Shown piece by piece: positions 1 to 11,066 of a stretch of 64,000 bases of DNA. The notes under the pieces were generated by a model. That model was given only the letters and a program-made list of their open reading frames with translations, did no database searches and was not told the origin of the DNA. The position numbers and the translations under genes are program-made. Numbering within the stretch: position 1 is the first letter of the stretch; each line of letters begins with the position of its first letter. The DNA comes from Octopus vulgaris (lineage: Eukaryota), in NCBI GenBank assembly GCA_951406725.2, contig OX597815.1:173352001-173416000 (forward strand). Direction: 5' to 3'.

Positions 1-583
1 CTGTCCCCTTCGATTTAGATTCCTAACTACTCCCACATTTTGCGGTGCAGTTTAACCAAATTCGGGTATCTTATAGTCGTGATTCATATCGAGCCCGTCT
101 GGGTATTAGCGCGCGTCTACGATGAGTCTACGATTTTAAAAATAATTTAACATTATTTTTTATTCCATTTTAATGCATATTTTTTCGTGTGTCGATGGCG
201 GCGGAGTTGGCATCCACGCTCACACCTACTCCTGTGGGGAAAGGAGTGTAAGGAAATCAACGTCGTAATGCGTTGTCAAGGAGACCAGCGTTCTTTTAGA
301 ACAACGACTTCATGGCTTGAAGACACCAAAACAGAAATGGCTAAGAAAGCGTCTACATGAGTACGATTTAAAAAAAAATTTACCATCATTTTTTCCATTT
401 TAATGCATTTTTTCGCTATTATATAAGGGAAGTAACTCTCTAAAAATGTCTACGATGAGTCAACGATTTAATTACCATCATTTTTTATTCCATTTTTAAT
501 GCATTTTTTGGCTATAACTCTCTAAAAATGCTTATATAGTTATTTCCCTTACAAACCCGAGCAACGCCGGGCGATACTGCTAG
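1..583 (+). mobile_element. Non-autonomous Helitron family A, 3' part (5' end outside window)
   Basis: Ends in GC hairpin cccgagcaacgccggg (556-571), then CTAG|T (580-583). Has three internal copies of a gtctacgatgagt...ccattttaatgcat subrepeat. The last ~110 bp are shared with the 42970-43356 element. CpGs retained, so young. Confidence 0.8.
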
Positions 584-1258
584 TAAGTAATATATTATTT
601 TTAAACATTTACTCCTAAAAGGTATCCTCATATAACCCATTCATGCTTGTAAATTATTTCATATAAATCAAATTGAGTATGCTTATTTCTTAGTATTTGA
701 ACTATTTTATTTTAGTTATTTTCACAATTTATTCAGTACAACACTTAAACAAGTAGACAATAGATCCACTTATTTTGGTTAGTGACTTATTCACGAATAT
801 ACCAACACTAGCGCCACTGAGGGTAATATTCTCTGCGAATGTACAAAAGCTTTTTTCTGAGTTATTTACTTTGAATTGTTATTATCTCATATCTGATTAG
901 CCTGTTATTATATAACATGCTTCACGATTTTAGTATACATACCTTATCAGTATTTCCTCCTAAGTTCTACATACTCTGGGAATGTATAAAAGCCTTTTTC
1001 GGGGCTACTTTATTTGAATTCTTACTATCGGGTAATTAATTTCATGTAATTACATAACTGACTTCACAATTTGGGTATTCATAACTTATTGGGAACTCCT
1101 AAAAACAAGATCCTGTGTAAGACAGTTCAGTATTTTCAATAAATGCACAAAAACCGTCTTAAGGGCTACATACTTTGTATTGTCGTTACAGAATTAGCGA
1201 AACAATTATGAGAATGGAACCAAGGGATAAGCCAAGCTTTCCCGGATATGTCAGCTAG
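584..1258 (+). mobile_element. Non-autonomous Helitron family B copy, interrupted near its 5' end by Helitron A
   Basis: Colinear with 31877-32606 (atcaaattgagtatgcttatttcttagtatttga ... gaatggaaccaagggataagcc) and ends gtcagCTAG|T. Confidence 0.72.
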
Positions 1259-1360
1259 TATTCATATATATATATATATATATTTATTCATTCATGCACA
1301 TACCCACATATATAGTGTGTATGTTTGAGAGAGAGAGAGGGGGGGAGAGAGAAAGAAAGA

Positions 1361-2067
1361 AAAATTTGTTAACAATCAGCCATGGGACATGAACCCATGT
1401 CCCTCAAATACTCTGGCTGAATGCTGTACCATTAAGCTAAATTGCTTGCTAACAAATTCATCTGCAATTTTAGACACTATATAGCTAAATGTACAACTAC
1501 GGGTATAAATGTAAACAAACTGACATTTGCTTTTATAAGCATCAAAATATGAACTGAATGATACAAATTAGATTATATCTTTTTGAATGCAGAAGTACCA
1601 TTAGAAAAGCAGAAATACTAGGTAAATTACCCTTACAAAACAGAAAAATTTGTCAACAACTAGGCATGGCACTCAAACCCATGTTTCTCAAAGACTCTGG
1701 CTGAGTGCTTTACCATTAACCTAAACCGCCCTCTGATAATTTGTATTGTTCAATACACATTTCAATGCTGATAAAAACAAGTTAGTTTGTTTACATTTAT
1801 ACATGTAGCTGTACATTTAGCTACATATTACATATGAATTTGTCATCAGCCAGTTTAGCTTAATAGTAAAGCACTCAGCTGGAGTCTCTGATGGTATAGG
1901 TTCAAGTCCCGTGGCTGTTGACAAATTTTTTCTGCTTTGTAAGGGTAATTTATCCAGTATTTCTGCCTTTCTAATGGCAATTCTGCATTTGAAAAAATAT
2001 TTAATTTGTATCATTCAATACTCATTTTGACGCTTATAAAAACAAATGTTTGTTTGCATCTATACAC
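1361..2067. repeat. ~284-bp tRNA-derived repeat: ~1.3 tandem copies on minus plus one inverted, circularly permuted copy on plus
   Basis: The unit restarts at ~1645 (aaaatttgtYaacaa), and 1772-2067 is the reverse complement in a different permutation. tRNA-like segment at ~1849-1916 has A-box tagcttaatag and B-box ggttcaagtcc, followed by a T6 run. Confidence 0.7.
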
Positions 2068-2075
2068 ATACATAT

Positions 2076-5000
2076 TGTTGTGGTGAGAGTCATTGTCATC
2101 CCTGGGGGATTGGAAGAATTGACTAACCCTCTCTTATAAAGAGTAGTGTATTGAGATGAGAGTTCAGTATAAGTTGGTAAGAGTCAGTGTGTTAGTTCTG
2201 CATTGAACACACACCAAATCCGGTGTGTTAGTGTGAACTGAGCTTGCACCAAACCTGTAAGTTGTTGTAATGGTAGTTGTTTGAATTACTGTGTGCTGGT
2301 CCCAACACTAGAATGTGGTAGGGGTTTGATTTCCTCTGCTCACAATATATCGGATGCAGCTGTGCAGTGTTAACCAGCTAGAGGAGATGTCTTCTTGGGG
2401 TTAAAAAATTGCATTAAAGTCTATTTGAGCAAAAACAAGAGTGCTTAGTACAATGAAAAACAAGTGCTTACTACAATGAAAAACAAGAGTACTGTGTGCA
2501 AAAAACAACACTACCTAAGAGTCTGGCAACAACAAGGTTATAAAAATGGCAACGAGATATTTGAAGCTTGTGTTGGTTGTTAAAAGTTTTGTTTTGGTAT
2601 GAAATCAAAGAGAAAAAATCATTAACATGGAAGACTTATTGGCTTGCATGGTGCAGTTGCAACAGCAACAACAGCAGTTACAACAACAACTACAACAACA
2701 ATAATACCAACAGTTAGTGGAAGTAATGTTGAAGGAGACTGAAAATACTTCAGGCTCATTCACGTTAGATGGTGTAGCAAACTCAATTGGAGAATTTATT
2801 TATAACCCAGAAGAATGTACTACTTTTTCTGCATATTTTAGAAGATATGAAGAAACCTTCAAAGAAAAATGTAAAAATTGGAATGATGAGAAGGTGTGAC
2901 TACTTTTAAGAAAGCTATCCCCTACTGAACATGAAAAATACTGTAATTATATTCTGCTGAAGAAACCAGGTGAGCTTTATTTCAATAAAATAATTAATAT
3001 ATTATCGAGAATTTTCAATGAAAGAAGTTCCATGTTCAATACTTATTGGTAGTTTCAAATTTAGTTAAAAAGGATGAAGAATATTTCTTCACCTATGCTG
3101 GGGTCGTTAACAGTGTGTGAGAAATTCAAATTAAATGAATTAACCCTGGATTTGTTCAAATGTGTAATTTTTGTTCAAGGTTTAACTGCAAGAAAAGATA
3201 CAGATATATGTTCCTGTATATTAACAAAATTAGAACAGAACCAAAAATTAACTCTACAGGCACTGGCTGAAGAATACCAGAGGATTATAAATTTAAGACA
3301 TGACGTGGATGGAATTGAAGAAAAAGATTACTCTCAGATACATGCGTGTTGACCATGAATGGATAAGAAAAAGGAAAAAAATGAACATCAAGACCTAATC
3401 CATGCTACGGAAGCAGAGGTTTACATTTTAGAAGTAACTGTCCTTTTAAAAATCATAAATGCTTTGAGTGTGGAAAAAGCTCACATTGTATAGTGAAACA
3501 AAAAAAAATTCCAGAAAGAATGTATTGTTAATAAAAATGAATAATGGGAATATCAAGTTACAATTTGATATGGGCAGTGATATCACGATAATTAGTACAG
3601 ATACATGGAGAAAAATGGGGAAACCTAGATTAAAGGAAACTTTGAAAATTGCACGAGGTATTTCAGGAAAAAAATTGCATTTTATGAGCAAAATAAGTGA
3701 TGTTACATTTCGTAGAAAAACCTTGAAAGTCAAAGTTTTTATGTTGAAAAATATGACAAATTTATTTGGAACAGACTGGATGGAACTATTTAACTTATGG
3801 GACCACCCCATAAATATTTTTTGTAAAAATGTGAATAGTTCTTCTGCCTGTACAAATAAGGTATCAGAAGACCAAAAAAAAAGTTTTTTTCTGAGGAATT
3901 GGGTCTTTGCACCAAAGAAGAGGAGAAGTTTCAAGTGATAGAAAAGACTATACCAGTTTTTAAACCAAAACAAATGGTACTTTTTTGCAGTGCTGAAACA
4001 AGTCAATGAAGAATTGGATAGATTTGAAAAGCTTGGCATCATTGAAATAAATAGATTACACAAAATGGGTGTCCCCAACAGTTTATGTCAAGAATAAAAA
4101 TAATAAAATCTGAGTATGCGATGATTTTTCAATGGGATTGAACAAATGTTTGATGCTATATAATTAGCCATTACCAAGTTGGGAGGAAATTTTCACAAAG
4201 TTGAATAGAAGAAAATTTTTTTTAATGTTGGACCTATTGAAGCATATTTGGAGGTAAAAGTCGATGAGGAATATTCAAAATTATTGAAAGTTATGGACAT
4301 TATGCTTGCAGGTTCGGATTTCGCTGTGGCTTATCTTGACGATATACTCTTATAAAGGGAATGTCAGGGTCAGCATGCCGAGCATGTTAAAAAGGTCTTC
4401 GAAAGAATAAAAGATTTAAGCTCAGTGAGGAAAAGTGAATTTTTACGCCAAGAATAAAATATCTAGGGCAGATTATTGATGAAAATAGACACAGACAAGA
4501 CCTGTCTAGGATGAGTGCAATAAAAAATATACCTCCCTTGACAAACATTACAATGTTACAAGCATTTTGGGGGCTTGCAAATTACTACAGGTATACACAC
4601 CAAATATGCACGATTTTAGAGCATCCCTGAATAACTCGTTAAAAAAAGACATTAAGTGGAACTGGTTGGACAAATGCCAAAAAGCTTTTGAAGAAATTAA
4701 AAACATCTTAACATCAGAATTGTTGTTATCACATTGTGACTCGTATTTAGAAATAGTAGCGTCAGCAGATGCTAGTGATAGTGGTATTGTGGCTGTGATT
4801 TTACACAAATATGGAGATAGTAACCTGAAAATGCTTTGTGTTCATTATTGCTGACTGAGAAAAGTTACAGTCAAATAGAAAAAGAGGCGTTAGCCATCAT
4901 ATATGTGGTAAAAAAAATTCCATAAATTTATACGTGGAAGAAAGTTACGTCTGCAAATAGACCACTTTCCATTATTGTCGATCTATGGATAAAAAAAAAG

Positions 5001-6707
5001 GCATCCCCACACATACAGCCAACAGATTGCAATGCTGGAGAACGATCCTACTGAATTACAACTTCAAAACGGAGTATTTGCCATAAAAAAAATTGGGATA
5101 ATTAGATGGTTTGTCAAGGTTAAAACCAAAATACAGTGAACCACTAGAGGACACAGTGATAGTGGTTTTAAAAGCCAAAAATTAAATAAAAAATATATTG
5201 TGCAATGTTGCGTGCGAATTGCCTGTGGCATTGGAGGAAATAAAAATTAAGGCAGAGATGGATGAGTTTATCATAAGAATAAAAAAAATAGTGAGATCAG
5301 AAGAAACAAATAAAAAAAAAAAACATGTGGCTGGATGTAACACAGTTTTAAATTTGTATTCGATATGTGATAATGTGCTTATGTATGCACAGAGGGTTGT
5401 AATGTTTACCTCATTTCAAGGTTGAATGTTATAGGAATTACACACTGGTCATCCAGGAATTTCTAGGATGAAGTCGCTTATGAGGAGTTATGTTTACTGG
5501 CCAAAAATGGATCAGATATTGAGAAGTTGGTAAAATCCTGCAGAGGTTGTGCTCTGGCAGTGAAATCACCAGCTATAAAATTTCAGCCTTGGCCCAAGAC
5601 CGATATTCCTAGGTCCTGACTACACATAGATTTCGCAGGACCATTAAACCAATCATATTATCTAATAGGGGTAGATGACTTTTCAAAATGGCCAGAAATG
5701 TGTAAATGTAGAAAACCAACATCTTTGGTAACAGTGGAATTTCTACACAAATTTTTTGCTAGGTATGGTGTCCTGGATACCATAGTTTCTGATAACAGTA
5801 CACAATGCATGGAGAATGATTTAAGAATTTTTGCAAGATGTATTCAATTGAACATATCACTACTCATCCGTATCACCCAAGATCAAATGGGCAAGCAGAA
5901 AGGTTTGTGGATACATTTAAAAGAGCATTGACACAATTCTTGAGGGTTTATAGGATTACACCAAACCCAAACACTTTTTCAGGCAAGGCGCCAGCAGAAC
6001 TAATGTTTGTTCAAAAAAAGGAAAGGGTCAAATTTTGACAAGCTGCTACCAGTAAGGAAAACACTAAATATACGACAAAGCATTTTAATATTGGTGACAA
6101 GGTGTTTTTCAAAATATATAAAAATGGAAGACAAGGTTGGGAAGACGGAGTAGTTACAAAAAAAAATAGGCAAAATGACATATATAATAAGAAGTGAAAA
6201 ATGGGAACACAAATAACATTTAAACCAGCTAAAAATAGATACATGGAAAAAAGAAAAGAGATACCTATGGAAGTGTTCTATGACACTTTTGATGTTCCAA
6301 GACCATAAGGAATCAAACCTAGGAGTAGCAGCACAAGAAAGAGGAAACAAAGAGAACGGTTGGAAGTAGTGCCTAAATGGAAGAAATATCAAACTTCCCT
6401 AGGAGGAAAATCTCAAAAAGGGAGATGTGATGACAGAAAAATAAATAAAAATAATAATATTAACTTCCAACAGAAGTCAATCTCAAAGGGGGAGATATTG
6501 TGGCAAGAGTCATTGACACCCCTGGGGAATTGGAAGAATGGACTATTCAAACTCTTATAAAGAGTAGCGTATTGGTTGAGATGAGGGGGTCGATAGGAGT
6601 CGCTGAGAGGACGTTTTGGAGTCTTGTGAAGTATGTCATGTGAACACATTGATTTTACTTCCACTTCATTTTCTTATATATCCAACGTTTGTCAAGGATA
6701 TAAAACG
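2076..6707 (+). mobile_element. Decayed Ty3/Gypsy LTR retrotransposon (gag-PR-RT-RNaseH-INT)
   Basis: 5' LTR starts TGTTGTGG at 2076; PBS tggcaacgag at 2547; poly-Q gag from ATG 2627. Protease QFDMGSDIT; RT AYLDDIL (~4330); RNase H SADASDSGI and YSQIEKEALAI; integrase LHTGHPGISRMKS, LHIDFAGP, VSDN, PYHPRSNGQAERFV. PPT aaagggggaga at 6485-6495 and 3' LTR from 6496. Many stops and frameshifts, plus a deletion in RT. Confidence 0.93.
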
Positions 6708-7085
6708 TGTATATACATGTGTGTTTGTATGTATGTATGTATCAATCAACAAAGGTTGGTAAATAACTAGGGATTAAATTACTATTTTCCTAAGAAGACC
6801 TAGGTTTTCAATGTAATTGATTACATAACAATTACTGCACAACATACTAATATTTGCAAGTGAAACATATAAAGATTATGCAATTTATGATGTTATAATA
6901 AAAAGATACATTTAATATCCTATTCTATCTGCTTTCATGTATTTGAGCACACATTTCCATATGGATGTGTATGTGCGTGTGTGTGTGTGTGTATATACAC
7001 ACACACACATCTCTCTCTCTCTCTATATATATATATACATACACACATACACACAGGCATGTTTAGAGATGGAATCATGGTTTAT

Positions 7086-7446
7086 AGGGATAAGCATAGC
7101 TTTGTGGTTAAGAAGTTTGCTTCACACCACATGGTTTTGGCAGAAGGAAATTGAAAGAAGCCTGTTGTACATATTTGTATATATATGGTGTGTGAATATG
7201 AGTATGCTTGTATCTCCTTGTCTTGACATTGTTTGACAGCAGTAAAAGAGTGTTACTGTCATATGAGCTGGCTCTTTCATTTCCAATATTTTGTGAAAAC
7301 CTGTCTAGTGATGAAGAAATATTATCTTGCTTGGAAATGTGAGGGTTGGCAACAGGAAGGGTATCTGGTCACAGAAAATCAACCCAAATAAACTCCATTT
7401 GACTCATGCAAACATGGAAAAAGGATATTAAGATGATGATGATGAT
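7086..7446 (+). mobile_element. tRNA-derived SINE (octopus type) with (GAT)n tail
   Basis: A-box head tagctttgtggttaagaagtttgctt and tail gttggcaacaggaagggtatc...catggaaaaagg..taagatgatgatgat; same family as 27766, 30278 and 35590. Confidence 0.75.
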
Positions 7447-7460
7447 ATATATATATATAT

Positions 7461-7648
7461 GCTGGACCACTGTAATTTACAAGGTTTTTCATTCTCCCTG
7501 TTTATTTCCCCTTATTCCTTTCTGTTGAACAGCGTAGGCTTGAAATGTAAAAGACTTTTCATTTTTACCCGAGCGTCAAACTAATACTTTTGCTTGTTGT
7601 TCATACACCTGTCTTTGTCTTTTGTTTTTCTATAAATTTCAACTATAT
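7461..7648 (+). mobile_element. Short Penelope-type repeat with hammerhead-like motif (7518-7553), beside a (TA)n tract
   Basis: Homologous to the reverse complement of 57768-57940. Motif cttt-ctgttga-a-cagc-gtag-gctt-gaaa-tg-ta-aaag. Confidence 0.55.
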
Positions 7649-7730
7649 ACATAAAACTATCTTGGAAGAGGATGCGTGGCATTCAATCATATAATAATAT
7701 AAATAACATACATATATATATATGCATATT

Positions 7731-8042
7731 TAAACCTGATTGTTACCAGCATTGCCTTACTGGCACATGAAAAAAACATTTGAGCAAGGTCATTGCCAGT
7801 GTCGCTGGACTGGCTCCTGTGCAAGTGGCATGTGAAAAACACCACTTGAGTGTGGCCGTTGCCAGTTCCACCTGTGGCACGTAAAAGCACTCACTACACT
7901 CTCAGAGTGTTTGGCGTTAGGAAGGGCATCCAGCTGTAGAAACTCTGCCAGATCAGATTGGAGCCTGGTGCAGCCATCTGGTTCACCAGTCCTCATGCTA
8001 GTATGGAAAGTGGATGTTAAACGATGATGATGATGATGATGA
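7731..8042 (+). mobile_element. SINE 3' half with (GAT)n tail
   Basis: ttggcgttaggaagggcatccagctgtagaaactctgccagatcag...gttaaacgatgatgatg; related tails at 10745-10955 (minus) and 57590-57762 (plus). Confidence 0.75.
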
Positions 8043-9802
8043 CACATCACATAAACTAGCAGTAAACTGTCTTATAGGTTGCGTTTCAGTTAGTATGAGC
8101 AATTGAATTTTCATAAAATACACATGCGCATGTGTTTATATAACTATAAACAATTACTAGGTGAATACGTACAAAGGAAAGTTGATTCAGAGCATTATTT
8201 TGTTTGCTTAAGAAAGATAAGTCATTGAATTTCTATAATTAAAGCTTCATCCAATGACAACATTTAAGATAAATTACTGTATTTCCCAGTAATTTATCTT
8301 AATTTTGGCTTGAAAGTTTGGGGAGGAAATAAAAAGATAAACATAAAACAGTGTCTCTTACTTTAATGAGATGTTTTGTTAGTGACTGAGCAACTATCGA
8401 TTATGTTGATCATTTATAGTTTGCATTCTTACATTTATTTTTTATAGTACAAAAGTATGCTAAGTTTAGCAGAGACAAATCTCCAAAGGGGTTAAAATTT
8501 GTTTCTGAGAAACATAACCTTTGTCCTCTAGGAAGTATTTTAAATTCTCAAGAAAATATTTTAGGGAAAAAATATTCTCAACACTGGGATTTACAGTGGT
8601 CCATTGCAAGCTAACCATTTAGATAAATTTTCTATTTGATATCAAGGTAAAAATGACAGAAAAAAATCAAATTTCGTTATTAAAGAAACAGTTATTCGTT
8701 GTGGGATATAGTGTTCTAGACATCAAGGAAATCATTATGACATGCTCTAAAAATTAAGTGTGACTGATTGTGACTTAATTTAGTGGAAAATAAGTACTAC
8801 TCTATATCATAGTTGAGAGGTTTTCAATAAGAAGAGTATGCAGCTAGAAAGTAATAGCTCCAAAAAATTACAGTAAAAATTATCGTTTGCAAAGTTAACA
8901 AACACAAACCCCACCCCCAAAACAAACAAACAAAAAATATAATTTTCTGCAATTTTCCATGTAATTCAATCTTGTAAAGGACATTTTTCTGAGGTCATTT
9001 AAGCTTAAACTCTTTATTAGCAACATATGAACATAACAGAAGTTAAATCTGAATGTTTTAACTAGTGCTTTCTGTAAAAGAAAACATTATCTGCAGTTTA
9101 ATTTGCTTATCATATTTTTTTGTATTAGGCTATGAGGCTGTAATGTGCATCAATAGATTGAGTAGAAATAATAAGGTTCAATCTGAATAATAAGAGATTA
9201 ATAACAGAAAAATGTATATTACTATTCCCAATGTATTCATGTTGCATTCAGAATATCACAGCAGCTGGTTTCTCTCTAATTGTTATTTATCCCTAAATTT
9301 ATTGTTCAAACTGCAATATCATGTTGGATAACGTTTCTGACACAGGCAGCATATAAAATGCATTTTGTATGAAGAGAGAATCCTTTACCACTATTAGTGA
9401 AGTAATTATCTGGGTTTCCAACCATCTTACAATAGACATCATGCTTTTACAAGAGGTAAATATACTGATATAAATAAACCAAACTTTGCGTATATTCTAC
9501 TAAAGTGAAATATTAAATGAGTTAATGACATTTGTCATAAATAGTTTATGCTCCTTGATATTCAACTGCAGAGGTCTGAAGTATGGAAATGCACAACTGA
9601 ATGAAGGTAATTGAAACTTTTGGCTAAGATGAAAATGTCAATTTTTCATAGCCATGCAGAATCAGAAAAAGCATTTGCTTAATTTTTGGGGAAAAACCCT
9701 ACCAAAATTAAATAGAGTTCAATAATTGGTAGAAAGTGTAGAATGAAGAGAGCATTTTCTGAGAAATGAGATAGGCATGGTCAGAATCAAAAAGATTACA
9801 AA

Positions 9803-10147
9803 ATTTTACTTGTTTCAGTCATCAGACTGCGACCATACTAGGGCAGGACCTTGAAGAATTTTTAGTCGAATGAATTGACCCCAGGACTTATTTTTTTTGT
9901 AAAGTTTGGTAATTATTCTATTAGTATCTTTTTACCAAACTGCTAAATTACAGGGAGATAAACACACCAACACTGGTTTGTCAAGACACACGATGGGCTT
10001 TTTTCAGTTTCTGTCAACCAGATCCACTCACAAGGCTTTGCTTAGCCCAATTATATAGAAGATACTTGCCCAAAGTGCCACACAGTGGGACTGAACCCAG
10101 AACCATGTGGGTGGGAAGCAAGCTTCTTACCACACAGCTATGGCTGT
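9803..10147 (-). mobile_element. Near full-length tRNA-derived CORE-like SINE
   Basis: Minus strand: tagctgtgtggtaagaagcttgc (A box), gggttcagtcc (B box), ttgggcaagtatctt (CORE-like), and tail ending gactgaaacaagtaaaa. Confidence 0.8.
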
Positions 10148-10612
10148 CAAATTTCCTACAAGAATAGACAGTGAAAACAATGGTTATGAACTAACATACA
10201 TTATCATTTTTGAAATTGGAAGTAACTGAATTCTTTGGAAAAGGATTGTGTGAAATGTTTCATCAGAATTGATTCACTTTAATACATTCTTGCCTCCTCT
10301 GCATTGTAACAAAAAACACCAAAATTAATAGTTATTTTGATACAGGGAAAAGTTCACAATAAAATACTTCAGAAGCAGATAATCTGTTGATATTTTCATG
10401 AATGTTTATAATTAAATCAAGATAGAAAGAATATGATTACATTCCATTAATGCAGTCAGAAACTGACTTACACACCAAAACGAACTGGAACATCTAAGTA
10501 TTAGCACAAGCTGATAGATATATGGTTTCATGTATTATTTCCAGTTTCTTCTTTATTCAATTGAATAGTGTGAAATCTCGCTATCAAAAATTAGTTTTCA
10601 TTTAGTTTATAT

Positions 10613-11066
10613 CAGTGGTTCTCAAATGGGGTCCATGTAAAATATTCTTATTAAATTTATCTGTTATAAATTAGTTATACTTCTACAATTTATAACATGT
10701 TTTAACAATTTTTTTAAATACAATTACTAACAATATTTAATCTATCATCATAACATCATCATTATGCCATCATGGAAGGCAGACATTAAATGATGATGAT
10801 GTAATGCAGGCCTAGGTTGGATGGTTTGATCAGGGCTGGCAAGCTGGAAGGCAGCACTAGACTCCAGTTTGATTTGGCATGGTTTCTGTGGTTGGATGCC
10901 CTTCCTAATGCCAGCCACTCCGAGTGTGTAATAGGTGCTTTTATGTGTCACCAGTATTAAGATATAATGGGATTTTTTAAACATCAAATGACTAAGAGGG
11001 TATATTCAAGTAAAATAACAATGAAAGGGGTCCATAAGTAATAAAAAAAATGGTTGAGAAGTGTTG
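10613..11066. mobile_element. hAT (Charlie-like) MITE with a nested SINE tail (10745-10955, minus)
   Basis: Ends cagtggttctcaaat and tggttgagaagtgttg; 8-bp target duplication gtttatat / gtttatct; ggggtccat subterminal repeats. Confidence 0.72.

Noticed and set aside
1849-1916. Functional tRNA gene
   Set aside because: The acceptor stem pairs poorly, the anticodon loop is oversized, and it belongs to a degenerate repeated unit.
2360-2530. Short aaaaacaagagtgcttagtacaatg repeats as a CRISPR-like array
   Set aside because: Eukaryotic context with no spacers; it is a simple tandem duplication inside the Gypsy 5' LTR.
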